Positions 26,085 to 35,695 of a stretch of 64,000 bases of DNA are shown here, piece after piece. Position 1 is the first letter of the stretch. Every line of letters starts with the position of its first letter. The position numbers and the translations under genes were made by a program. The stretch is from positions 732 through 64,731 of the forward strand of contig DATDXC010000038.1 in assembly GCA_035289425.1 (NCBI GenBank), in the 5' to 3' direction. Under the pieces are notes generated by a model. It had not been told where the DNA came from, did no database searches, and saw nothing but the letters and a program-made list of their open reading frames with translations. This DNA is from Candidatus Nanoarchaeia archaeon. GTDB lineage: Archaea > Nanobdellota > Nanobdellia > Woesearchaeales > DATDXC01.

Positions 26085-27707
26085 TTATTTAGCTACTACT
26101 GCTGGAACAAAATATCCACCAGGTACTGCGCCTGTATCTCTTTCAAATGGTTTGTTCTGGAACAAAATCTCTTTACCAACCATCTTTCTATACGCAGATG
26201 CAACACTTAGCGGAATAGCTCTATAATCAAGCGGCATTTCATTTGCTTCTCTCATGTAAGCAGATAATCTTGCTTGACCAACGTCTAAAATGCTTTGGTC
26301 TGGTGCCAAGAAACCATTTGTAATTTCTCTGTCTTCAATCTTAATCAGATTGGCAGCGATTGCATGCGCTCTGTTTATCCTATTGAATGCTTCAACAACA
26401 TTTTCAAGAGGATCGTCTCTTACTGCAAACAGATCAGGTTCATAGACGATTTTTTGGTGCAGTCCTGCTTTTCTTTCATGATAGCTGCTTACAACTAAGT
26501 CTGATTCATGCACCATACCTGGCAATAAATCAGGATCTCCATTTCCAACAAATGCATCATTTGGATGCCTGTGGAACAATCTGCCTGTGTAATTAGCTAT
26601 AACTGTGTCAGCTTCCTTAGTTTCATATCCCATTCCTTTTAACATCCTAACGTCGTCTAAGAATTGCGTAGTTAAACCGGCGTTTATGCTTGTTTCAGTT
26701 GCATGAGCAACAATTTGGGCTGTTTTTGTATATACGTGCGCGTCTTCAATGTTTATTCCCATTGAGCCAGCAAACTGAGAGAATCTTTTTACACTTTCTG
26801 CAACTATTTCTTCCATTCCCCCTCCTTTCATCGCTGCTGCTACATTTTCTTTTATTCTGGAATAAACAAGGTTTTCAGCATCTTGACATACCCTTAAAGA
26901 TGATTCAACACCATCCTCTGTCATAAATATTGCCGGATCTCCAGGCTTAAATTCAAGCGCTATCTTCCTACCTGTCAGCATCATCATATCTGCATAGTAC
27001 TCTACCAACATCTGCCTTCTTGGATTTGCCTGGTCAAATGTATATTGTCCGTCCTGACCCAGCCAATCAACCTGAAATGCTGTGTTATCCTGAGCACACC
27101 AGAAGAATCCCTGCAATTTTCTCAAATAGGCTAATTCTTGTACCTGTGTATAAGGGGAGGTTACACCACCAAACTTGAACGGTGTTTCTGTGAATAAGTT
27201 CGCGAATTCAGATCCTACTTTCATATGGTGTTGAGCCAATGTGTATAGTGCGGCCTCTCTGTTTGTAGGTCCCATTTCTCCTTGTGTATGGAATGACATT
27301 GATGAAACACCGATCATTCCACAGAATTCAATTGTTTGTTCTAAAGTTAGTTTTTCGTTAGGAGCCAGTACATGCGGGCTAAATCGAGTTCCCATCCCAC
27401 CAGCTAGATACCATGCACCAACGCTCATTGCAAGACCAGCTGAACCGATCGCTGCTCTTGCTTCTTCAAACAATGGCGTAGCATATCTTTCTGTATTCAA
27501 ATCAACTTTTTCAGCTGGCGCTGCTCTTACCCAAGGTAATGATCCTTTAAAAAAATCTGCATTTATCTCTGCTTCAAGGCTTGCCATCCTTGTCTCTACA
27601 AACTTTAGTGATTTAGTATAATATCTAGGAGTAAATCCTCCCTCTTCTCGCATTATGCTAAACAGTGCACCCTTCAATTGTGGTATTCCCATTTTCTTTT
27701 CCTCCAT
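26085..27707 (-). CDS. unusually long (540 aa) xylose-isomerase-like TIM-barrel sugar isomerase/epimerase, specificity unknown
   Basis: LEFKPGDP (compare EPKPxEP). GINIEDAHVYTKTAQIVAHATETSINAGL parallels XylA LNIEANHATLAGHSFHHE. About 100 aa longer than class II XylA. Confidence 0.5.
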   Translation of the reverse strand: MEEKKMGIPQLKGALFSIMREEGGFTPRYYTKSLKFVETRMASLEAEINADFFKGSLPWVRAAPAEKVDLNTERYATPLFEEARAAIGSAGLAMSVGAWYLAGGMGTRFSPHVLAPNEKLTLEQTIEFCGMIGVSSMSFHTQGEMGPTNREAALYTLAQHHMKVGSEFANLFTETPFKFGGVTSPYTQVQELAYLRKLQGFFWCAQDNTAFQVDWLGQDGQYTFDQANPRRQMLVEYYADMMMLTGRKIALEFKPGDPAIFMTEDGVESSLRVCQDAENLVYSRIKENVAAAMKGGGMEEIVAESVKRFSQFAGSMGINIEDAHVYTKTAQIVAHATETSINAGLTTQFLDDVRMLKGMGYETKEADTVIANYTGRLFHRHPNDAFVGNGDPDLLPGMVHESDLVVSSYHERKAGLHQKIVYEPDLFAVRDDPLENVVEAFNRINRAHAIAANLIKIEDREITNGFLAPDQSILDVGQARLSAYMREANEMPLDYRAIPLSVASAYRKMVGKEILFQNKPFERDTGAVPGGYFVPAVVAK

Positions 27708-27757
27708 GTTTTGTTTTTTTATTGTTCGCTTCTATTTTCTTAAAATAAAAAATTAAT

Positions 27758-29287
27758 TTATCTGCTTATGGCCCTCAATAACTCTAGCCTTTCTGCAAAC
27801 TGTTCAGATTTTGTATCCGCTTTGACTACATGATGTGGTATGCCCCACATGTTTGCAAGTGCAGTCAGGTATTCCATCCTGAGCGCTGTGGAAAGTGTCG
27901 GATGATGTGTCTCTCCGGCAAGAGCAGCGCATTCCAGGGCAGTTTCAAGGTCAGCTTTGTATCTTACCAGTCCTCTTGCTGTTGGTAAATTGGGCAAGGG
28001 GGGAGTCTCAATAATCTCCGCATCCGATGTCATAAGATTATAGCCTGATGGTGTCATAAACAATGAGGTGATGGTGCAGTCGCCTGGAGCAAAGTCAAAC
28101 ACCGTCCTCACGGGGTTTCCGCTCTGGCCGATATCCAATGGATGAATCTCTAATCGTGGCTTGGCAGCAGCAAGTGCAGGGTTGCTTTCAATCATGTGCG
28201 CGAAAAGCACAGCTTTATTTGTGAAATCGAAGACATATGGCTCAGAAAATGATGATGTTCCGTGTAGTCCTTGTCCCATGATCGAGTGTGCGGCTCCTAA
28301 AGTTGCAGCCATGACATCTCCTTCTGCTCCGTAGCCCCATCCATCCCTCATCAACTCTTGTGCTGCCATCCCCGGGAGCTGTGTCATCGGTCTAAGGTTA
28401 CCGAAATAAGAAGTCCATGCTGTTGCCTTCATGGTCCCCAACAATTCTGCAAGAACCAGATACTGACCTGCTGCGTAGAGAAGGCTGTCATGGTCCTTGC
28501 CAGTTTTTCCGAGTTCTGGAACCGATTCATAACGCCCCAGCCACTGTTGAGCCATTTCTCTGAGTGAATCTTTGCTTAATTTGTGAATCTCTGCATCAAT
28601 AAGGTTGGGGCCAAGATCATCATTAACTCTCACTCCTGTAATTCTTTGTAATTCAGCAATGTCTGCATCAGTACCTCTGACACCGGACATCTTCCCGCCA
28701 ATTCGCAGAATCTCCTGACCTCTGAGCGTGGTTACTGCTGCAGCAACTCTGCCATACATCTCAAATTTTCGCAGGAACGCGTCTGAGGCGTAATGGCCCG
28801 AAACCACATTCTGTCGGATTCCCGCCCTCACTAATGTATGAGCTCCTTCCATGAATCCGTGGGGTGTCTGATTGGTATTCATATAATTCATATCGAGGGT
28901 GGCTGGCATTGATTCATTCATAGAAGTAATGAGGTGGATATAGGGAACCGTCAAACTTCGGTATGCCTCCAAGTGCATTCCACCGGGAGAAAACGTATGG
29001 AACCAAGCTGCTAATCCTATGCAGTCCGGATCCTTTGTCTCAGCAACAACTCTTTGAGCGTCTGCAGGGGACTTTACGGTGCCTCCGTACTTGACCTTGA
29101 AGGGCATGCGTTCGTCAAGATTGCCTGCCACTTGTTGAGTGTTCCTGTCAACTTGAGCCAATGTTTCCGCACTGTACAAAGTCTGGGTGTTGCTTACTAA
29201 CAGCACATGCTGAGGATGATCCTTTTCAGGAATACCTGAACCGCCTCGATAGAAAAACTTTTGTTGCATCTTTAAACGCCTCCACAC
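27758..29287 (-). CDS. araA: L-arabinose isomerase
   Basis: Multiple blocks align with E. coli AraA: FHTFSPGGM (LHTFSP), LDMNYMNTNQTPHGFMEG (MDFMNLNQTAHGGREFG), QLPGMAAQELMRDGWGYGAEGDVMAATL ([29 protein letters not shown]), HGTSSFSEPYVFDF. Confidence 0.85.
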   Translation of the reverse strand: MWRRLKMQQKFFYRGGSGIPEKDHPQHVLLVSNTQTLYSAETLAQVDRNTQQVAGNLDERMPFKVKYGGTVKSPADAQRVVAETKDPDCIGLAAWFHTFSPGGMHLEAYRSLTVPYIHLITSMNESMPATLDMNYMNTNQTPHGFMEGAHTLVRAGIRQNVVSGHYASDAFLRKFEMYGRVAAAVTTLRGQEILRIGGKMSGVRGTDADIAELQRITGVRVNDDLGPNLIDAEIHKLSKDSLREMAQQWLGRYESVPELGKTGKDHDSLLYAAGQYLVLAELLGTMKATAWTSYFGNLRPMTQLPGMAAQELMRDGWGYGAEGDVMAATLGAAHSIMGQGLHGTSSFSEPYVFDFTNKAVLFAHMIESNPALAAAKPRLEIHPLDIGQSGNPVRTVFDFAPGDCTITSLFMTPSGYNLMTSDAEIIETPPLPNLPTARGLVRYKADLETALECAALAGETHHPTLSTALRMEYLTALANMWGIPHHVVKADTKSEQFAERLELLRAISR

Positions 29288-29424
29288 TTCATTCCTTTCA
29301 GTGAGAATAAGTCCTTAGGATGTTGCCTATTGGTTGGTGCCGTTCTGAAGACCCCCAATGTTAAATAACAGATTTATCCGTAATTTCTATAAGGTTTATA
29401 AAGTTTTGTATTGTACCGTCGAGA

Positions 29425-29455
29425 GAAATGTCACAAGGTGGTGACAAAAAATAGG
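29425..29455. repeat. copy B of conserved palindromic motif: TGTCAC-N6-GTGACA + A7
   Basis: GAAATGTCACAAGGTGGTGACAAAAAATAGG. Perfect inverted half-sites at 29429-29434 and 29441-29446. Lies ~140 nt upstream of the araA start. Confidence 0.55.
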
Positions 29456-29459
29456 AGGG

Positions 29460-30197
29460 TTATTTCAATAATCTTTTCATAACTTCTTCTTTAACTTGTT
29501 CATAACCAGGCAAAAAAGATACTAATTCCTTTAGATCTCTTTCATAAGTTTGTTTTGAAGGCATCTTAATATTCTTTAGGTTGCCATTTTCCTCTTTAAG
29601 CTTAGCGGCCAATAATTTCTTGTCTAATTCCACGCCTTTACTTAGAAGAATCCAGACATCATATAAATCTCTTGCCTGCGCTCTAGTAATCAATGCCCTT
29701 ATTTTTTCTGTCAAAATCTCCTTTTCATCAAGAGCAACAAGTGTAAATGGAGGAACATCTGAAAAAATCTGCGGAATTACTTTAGCAACTTTGTTACTCA
29801 CTTTTCCCTTATTAAAATCTATTTTTAGGGTGTTTGATGAATGGGGATCTCCTTTAAATAAAGGCCCTTCAAATCTTGCCTCTATCCGTAGATTCCCCTG
29901 ATATTCTTTTTCGGAATATATTTTGTAATTGATGTTCAATAATGAAAAGTCTTTAAGGCACTTATGGATGCTATCTTTAACTTCGATTAGAGCCAGGCTT
30001 GTGCTGAAATCCAAATCTTCAGATGCCCTCTCAAGATTATAACATATCCTTAGGCAGGTTCCACCTTTAAATACGAATTTATCTGCAAATTTGGACAAGG
30101 CATTAAGAAATATGAACTGCAAATATTCTTTTTCTTCATAATAAAGGTTTGTTTTTCTTCTATTTTTAACTTCATCTAATTCATCTGTCGATATCAT
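29460..30197 (-). CDS. AbiEii-family nucleotidyltransferase toxin (type IV TA / abortive infection)
   Basis: FKGGTCLRICYNLERASEDLDFS matches the AbiEii/DUF1814 signature (GGTAL...R.SEDLDF). 245 aa. Confidence 0.8.
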   Translation of the reverse strand: MISTDELDEVKNRRKTNLYYEEKEYLQFIFLNALSKFADKFVFKGGTCLRICYNLERASEDLDFSTSLALIEVKDSIHKCLKDFSLLNINYKIYSEKEYQGNLRIEARFEGPLFKGDPHSSNTLKIDFNKGKVSNKVAKVIPQIFSDVPPFTLVALDEKEILTEKIRALITRAQARDLYDVWILLSKGVELDKKLLAAKLKEENGNLKNIKMPSKQTYERDLKELVSFLPGYEQVKEEVMKRLLK

Positions 30198-30903
30198 CGT
30201 TAATATCCAAGAGCCATTCCTTATTTAAATTATTCCTTTTGTCAAGAGAAGGATCTAATCGCTCATAACCCCTGCCTATATTCTTTCTAATTCTTTCTAT
30301 TACGTTTCCTTTATATTTTAAATACTCTAATATAAATCCAAGCCTTCTGAGCACCGCTTTGCTCTCCACTTTGAGCGCATAGTCACAAAGCGTATCCAAT
30401 TCTATCTCATTCAAAGAAGTTTCAATGCAGTTAATAATCTCCCGTATGCCACCCGCATATTTAGGGAATAATAATGAGTCAACTAATGCCTTTTCCTTAT
30501 CTGCTATGATTATAGCTCCTGATTTTTTGTATCCAAAGAACCTTTTCCGAGAAATTGTTATATATTTGAAGTTTTTTATTCTTTTTCTAAACCTGGTGGT
30601 AGCATAATACGCTGTTTTAGGCAGTTGGTCTGTGAATTTGTAGTAACTCAAAGCTGACCAAAAACTCAAGTATGAAGGCCAGTTTAGATATGAGCCAATC
30701 TCCAATTCATTTGCGCCTTTAAGGGAATAAAGACCGGCTTTTATAGTTTGAATTGCATTTTTCTTTTTTAATGCCTTTATTAGGTTATATGCCTTACCTT
30801 TTTTAATGTTTAAGAGCAGCATCAAATCTTGGGTCTTAAAAATAGCCAAATTGTTTTTCTTAAATGTTTCATACGCTTTTGACTCTAGCTTGCTTAATTG
30901 CAT
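30181..30903 (-). CDS. AbiEi-family antitoxin/transcriptional regulator
   Basis: N-terminal wHTH with the AbiEi hallmark (...IFKTQDLMLLLNIKKGKAYNLIKALKKKNAIQTIKAGLYSL). 17-nt overlap with the AbiEii gene. Confidence 0.7.
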   Translation of the reverse strand: MQLSKLESKAYETFKKNNLAIFKTQDLMLLLNIKKGKAYNLIKALKKKNAIQTIKAGLYSLKGANELEIGSYLNWPSYLSFWSALSYYKFTDQLPKTAYYATTRFRKRIKNFKYITISRKRFFGYKKSGAIIIADKEKALVDSLLFPKYAGGIREIINCIETSLNEIELDTLCDYALKVESKAVLRRLGFILEYLKYKGNVIERIRKNIGRGYERLDPSLDKRNNLNKEWLLDINDDIDR

Positions 30904-31023
30904 TTTTCTTTTGTTTTAGTACTATTTTTACTAATAATGAAGATAATTACTATATAAACTTTTTGGTTTTAGAAGAAAAGACAAAGCTACGAACGAAGTG
31001 AGCACGTTTTTGTTTTAGACTTA

Positions 31024-31053
31024 GAAATGTCATACGGTGGCGACAAAAAAGTG
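31024..31053. repeat. copy C of conserved palindromic motif (TGTCAT-N6-GCGACA + A7)
   Basis: GAAATGTCATACGGTGGCGACAAAAAAGTG. ~120 nt upstream of the AbiEi start and just 3' of the SDR gene. Confidence 0.5.
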
Positions 31054-31093
31054 ATTGTGGAACAGTAAACGAGTTTGTGCCAGAACAAGAATT

Positions 31094-31969
31094 TTATGTA
31101 TGAGGCCCCATCTGTCTTCCGCGCTCTACGCCTTTGCGGTAAAGGCCAGAAAGGTTCATGCCGTTTTCGAAACCACCAACTCCAATGGTAACTCCGGTAA
31201 TCGCTCGGGCCATCTTTGAAGCAGCAAAGACTGCAACATCGGCTATTTCCTCTGGTTCCATCATCCGGCCCCAGACTCCTGCCGTATTTTCAAGAACTTC
31301 TCTCAATTCAGGTCTGTCTTTGAGCATCTTGTTAACAAATGGTGTTCTTACTCTTCCAGGGGCAATGCCTACGAATCGCACATTGTCAGGTGCATAGTCG
31401 ATAGCGCAGCTTTGGATAAGACCATCGACAAAATGTTTTGTAGCATCATATATAGCCCTGTCTTCCATACCAATAGTAGATGCAGTTGAGGATGTGTACA
31501 GTTGCACTCCGCCACCGTGTCCTATCATCAATGGGGTAACAATCTGAGTTCCATACAGGACTCCCATGGAATTCACGCCAACAATCTTTTTTGCTGTTTC
31601 GGCATCCACTTCATGGATCTTCAAAGGTTTTTGCGGGATACCTGCATTGTGGATCATAACATCAATACCACCACATTCTCTGTCAATTTGATTTAGTATT
31701 CTCGCATAAGAAGACGCATCTGTCACATCACATGCAGCATACTGTGGGCGATGGCTGCCACCTTCTAAAAATTGTGCTGTCCTCTCTGCCTCAGTTTCGT
31801 TTGAGTCGAGAATATGTACTATGCTACCATACTCTACAAATCTTTGGGCCATGGCCCGGCCGATGCCGCTTGCAGCTCCGGTGATGACCACATTCCTGTC
31901 AGCAATGCCGAACTCTTCTCCAACTACTAACCATCTTTGTTGTATGGTCAAATGAGGTAGGTTAAACAT
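31094..31969 (-). CDS. short-chain dehydrogenase/reductase (SDR)
   Basis: VVITGAASGIGRAMA Rossmann motif. Sequence typical of classical SDRs. Confidence 0.8.
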   Translation of the reverse strand: MFNLPHLTIQQRWLVVGEEFGIADRNVVITGAASGIGRAMAQRFVEYGSIVHILDSNETEAERTAQFLEGGSHRPQYAACDVTDASSYARILNQIDRECGGIDVMIHNAGIPQKPLKIHEVDAETAKKIVGVNSMGVLYGTQIVTPLMIGHGGGVQLYTSSTASTIGMEDRAIYDATKHFVDGLIQSCAIDYAPDNVRFVGIAPGRVRTPFVNKMLKDRPELREVLENTAGVWGRMMEPEEIADVAVFAASKMARAITGVTIGVGGFENGMNLSGLYRKGVERGRQMGPHT

Positions 31970-32023
31970 AATAGTGGGGATTGTTCTTTCCTTTTTAAGT
32001 TTTTTTAATTTGAGTACTCGAAA

Positions 32024-33601
32024 ATGGTCATATTTAAAAATACAGCCTCATTTGTAGGGAAGATGGCTGCCAACTTCATGGAATATGCTCGCATGGCGAA
32101 TCCTGCAGATAATGTAGCTATTGCAATCGCAACGATCCCCGCAGGCACTCATCTTACCTATCAAGGGGATCAGTTACTCATTTCTGACAGAGTTCTTCAA
32201 GGATTCAAGTTTGCAGTTCATGCCATTCCTCATGGCGAGTTGGTCCGTTTGTATGGTGAGCCAACTGCAATTGCACGAGAGGATATCAATCCAGGAGAGG
32301 GTGTCGAAAGCAGATTATCAGACCAACTTCCCATAGTTCGTGACCAAATAGCAGAAGACCATACCCAATCAAAGCCAGACTATTTTCCGCCTGAGATGGT
32401 TAGCTGTTTCCAGGGAATACGTAGAAGTAATAATCGGATTGGAACCCGAAACTATATTGCTATTATTCCTACCGATCCTTGTCCAGGGGTGGTTGGCCAC
32501 CATATTGAAGATTATTTTCGGAGAGCGCAACTACCCGCTGGAGTAGATGGGGTAGTGTATATCCCCTTTGGCGAAGGCTGCGGCGCAAGCCCGAAACGGG
32601 TTGAGGTTTCTCGCCGTGCTTTTAACAACTATGCAGATCATCCTAATGTCGGGGCAGCCATATTCCTGGAAAATGGCTGTGGACATCTGCCCTTTGCTGA
32701 GTATAGGCCTGTCTTTGAAAATGAGTACAGCCAAAAATCTGGAAAGCCAATCGCCTGGTTAAGTTTTCAGGGCAATGGATGCAATGTTGCCAAAACAAGG
32801 GATGTGGGCATTGATATGATCAGTGGAATCCTTGATAAGGTTGCCAGTGTTAGGAGGTCAGCGGTCTCTACTTCTGAGTTAGTGGTTGGAACCAAATGCG
32901 GCGGATCAGACGGACTTTCAGGCATAGCGGGAAATTTGGCCATCGGCTATTTGAGTGACTTGATTGTTCGTAGTGGTGGCAGCGTCATCCTTACTGAAGC
33001 GCCTGAAATGATGGGGGCTGCTCATTTGTTGGCTCGAAGAGCACGGAATAAAGATGTAGCTGATGCAGTGTATGCCATGGTGGATGCCTATGAAGCTTTA
33101 GCCACTGCCCGAGGAGAATCATGTGGTTCAAACCCTTCTCGCGGCAATAGGGCTGGTGGCTTAGCAAACATTGTAATGAAATCACTGGGAGCGACAATAA
33201 AAGCGGGCACCACCCGCGTAGAGGACTGTGTTGATTGGGGAGAATCAATCGGGCGCAAAGGCTTGACCTTAATGCAGGGTCCTGGTGACGATATAGAAAG
33301 CATGACTGGAGAGGTTGCGAGCGGCGCAAATGTCATTGTATTCAATACCGGAAGGGGGACTGCTACCGGCAACCCTATTGTTCCTGTTATTAAATTAGTC
33401 AACACTCGATCACGATACCCTGATGCGGATTTTTTTGATTGGGCTGCTGATGGGTTGTTGTATGGTGGCCAAAGTGCTGATCAGGTAGCGCAAGAACTAT
33501 TGGATCTGGTAATTGAAGTGAGCAGCGGAAAAAGAGTTCAGGCTGAAATTCATGGAGCGCGGGAAGTGGAGATATGGGGAGACTATGGTGTTTCACTTTA
33601 A
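32024..33601 (+). CDS. UxaA/GarD-family sugar-acid dehydratase (altronate/galactarate dehydratase-like)
   Basis: GTKCGGSDGLSGIAGNLAIGYLSDLIVRSGGSVILTEAPEMMGAAHLL aligns with E. coli UxaA GLECGGSDGLSGITANPMLGRFSDYVIANGGTTVLTEVPEMFGAEQLL. N-terminal SAF-like domain. Confidence 0.8.
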   Translation: MVIFKNTASFVGKMAANFMEYARMANPADNVAIAIATIPAGTHLTYQGDQLLISDRVLQGFKFAVHAIPHGELVRLYGEPTAIAREDINPGEGVESRLSDQLPIVRDQIAEDHTQSKPDYFPPEMVSCFQGIRRSNNRIGTRNYIAIIPTDPCPGVVGHHIEDYFRRAQLPAGVDGVVYIPFGEGCGASPKRVEVSRRAFNNYADHPNVGAAIFLENGCGHLPFAEYRPVFENEYSQKSGKPIAWLSFQGNGCNVAKTRDVGIDMISGILDKVASVRRSAVSTSELVVGTKCGGSDGLSGIAGNLAIGYLSDLIVRSGGSVILTEAPEMMGAAHLLARRARNKDVADAVYAMVDAYEALATARGESCGSNPSRGNRAGGLANIVMKSLGATIKAGTTRVEDCVDWGESIGRKGLTLMQGPGDDIESMTGEVASGANVIVFNTGRGTATGNPIVPVIKLVNTRSRYPDADFFDWAADGLLYGGQSADQVAQELLDLVIEVSSGKRVQAEIHGAREVEIWGDYGVSL

Positions 33602-33640
33602 GAAACATTTAAAATATGAATATGATTCTCGTGGCTCATC

Positions 33641-34537
33641 ATGAGTCAAAATCTAAGCGACAATGTTGGCGGAAGAGGAGCACTTTACACCGGACTGGAA
33701 AATAAAGTTGTTCTTGTTACTGGTGGAACTAGGGGAATAGGTGCTGAGATTGTCAGGCAGTTTGCATATCAAGGTTCTTATGTTGCATTCTTAGGCAGGA
33801 ATAAAGAGAGGGCCAAAGCCTTGTTGGAGGAGCTACGTTCTGTTCAACATATACCCGTGTATGCTCAAGTGGATTTGCTTGTTGAACTGTCAACAGTAGA
33901 GGGGATTTCCTTTGTTACCGAGTACGCAAGAACTGCGACAGGAACTTCACACATCGATGTATTAGTAAACTGTGCTGGTGCAAATGACAATGTTGGCATC
34001 GGTGCAGGTCTTGCACAAATTATGCGTTCTCTTGGGCGGAACTTGGGCCAGTACCTACATGTTACTTCTTTATGTTGGAATTATCTTAAGGCTGCTCCTG
34101 TTGAATCTATTGAGAGTGTTGAGTTACGGGGAAATGTCATTAACATTGGTTCTAAGACTGGAGATGTCGGTCAAAAAGGTTCATGGGGGTATTCTGCTTC
34201 TAAAGGAGGAATTACTGCATTCACCTTCACTGCAGCTAGAGAAGGTCTTCCAGTTGGTATCCGTGTCAACCAGGTCAATCCTTCGGAAGTGGATGGAGAC
34301 CATTATCGTGAATGGGCAGATGGAGCATTTCCTGGTAAGGCGGAAGCAACTATAGCCAGCATTGGAAGGGGAATTCCTTTAGGGGGACGGATGACAACTG
34401 AAGCAGAGATAGCATATACTGTTTTATTCTTAGCATCAAATAGGTTATCATCTGCAACTACAGGCCAGATTATCCGCCCTAATGGTGGGCATCCTCAACT
34501 GAATGAGCATGGGTCTAATCCTCATGTGGCGAGATAA
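33641..34537 (+). CDS. short-chain dehydrogenase/reductase (SDR)
   Basis: VVLVTGGTRGIGAEIVRQFA Rossmann motif. YSASKGG active-site region. Confidence 0.8.
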   Translation: MSQNLSDNVGGRGALYTGLENKVVLVTGGTRGIGAEIVRQFAYQGSYVAFLGRNKERAKALLEELRSVQHIPVYAQVDLLVELSTVEGISFVTEYARTATGTSHIDVLVNCAGANDNVGIGAGLAQIMRSLGRNLGQYLHVTSLCWNYLKAAPVESIESVELRGNVINIGSKTGDVGQKGSWGYSASKGGITAFTFTAAREGLPVGIRVNQVNPSEVDGDHYREWADGAFPGKAEATIASIGRGIPLGGRMTTEAEIAYTVLFLASNRLSSATTGQIIRPNGGHPQLNEHGSNPHVAR

Positions 34538-35410
34538 ATGCCAGCAATCGATGCCCATGTCCATCTGATTGATTTAAACAGAAGTCCTGGTGATTATTCA
34601 TGGGCCCAAGGCATGCCTGCTGTCTGGAAAGAATTTCTGATTTCTCAGTTGAGGCAGGAATTACAGGAAACTGATATAAATGGAATTGTTCTTGTCCAGG
34701 CTAGACAAACTCTTGAAGAAACTGACTGGTTGTTGGGAATTGCAAGACAAAATCCAGATATGGTAAGGGGAGTTGTAGCTTGGTTTGATTTAAAGAGCCC
34801 CACTGTTGAGAGAGATATCGAGGCAAGGGTAGGCCCACAATTGGTTGGCGCACGACACATACTGCAGGCTGAACATTCAGAATATATGGCACATCCTGAT
34901 TTCGATAGAGGTTTGGATGTTTTGGCTGACCATACATTGGCATATGATATTTTAGTAACCCAAGATCAGTTGTTTGCTGCAGTTGGCATGGTTAAGGCTC
35001 ATCCTCATCTTACCTTTGTGCTGGATCATTTGGGAAAACCGTCGCTGAGAAATCATGCTAATGGCAGTGGACCAAGGGAAACTCAATACAATTACTGGAG
35101 GGAAGCGATTCAGGCTTTGGCTGATTGTGGAAATGTTTATTGTAAAGTCTCTGCTGGCGCATTAGAAGCTGATCCTCATGGATGGCAAGCAGATGAGATT
35201 ATGAGGTACATTGCTTTTGCTTGCACAACTTTTGGTAATTCTCGGATTGTATTTGGCACCAATGCTCCGGTGGTTAGGGATGCTTATACTGAAAATGCCT
35301 CGTGGCAATGGTACGATTTGGTAAAACGTCACTTGTTTGACGCACCTGCTAGATTAGAAGCGATGATGCACCACAATGCTGTTGCAGCGTACAGACTCAA
35401 TCATCGCTAG
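34538..35410 (+). CDS. amidohydrolase-2 family hydrolase (sugar lactonase-like)
   Basis: IDAHVHLIDLNR metal-binding HxH at the N-terminus. Length and conserved His/Asp pattern match PF04909-type lactonases. The ATG overlaps the upstream stop. Confidence 0.7.
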   Translation: MPAIDAHVHLIDLNRSPGDYSWAQGMPAVWKEFLISQLRQELQETDINGIVLVQARQTLEETDWLLGIARQNPDMVRGVVAWFDLKSPTVERDIEARVGPQLVGARHILQAEHSEYMAHPDFDRGLDVLADHTLAYDILVTQDQLFAAVGMVKAHPHLTFVLDHLGKPSLRNHANGSGPRETQYNYWREAIQALADCGNVYCKVSAGALEADPHGWQADEIMRYIAFACTTFGNSRIVFGTNAPVVRDAYTENASWQWYDLVKRHLFDAPARLEAMMHHNAVAAYRLNHR

Positions 35411-35695
35411 GTCCTCAATCTGCCAACATTGATATGGTTTTCTTATTGCGAGCGCCATGCTACTCTCTGCTGAAAAATATGGGAAAGCACTGTTTATGGA
35501 GATAAAGTATATAAACAAGATAGCCTGTACCTGTGTCATGCAAGTAAAAAAAGGGGAAATAATTCTTGATAATGAATTAAATACTTGGATAGATTGGTGA
35601 TAGATTTTATTAAAATTCTGGAGAAATACACTTAGTATGTAATCATATCAGGGTATATCTCCATCCTTTTTGGAAGGACTCGGACGACAGAAGAC

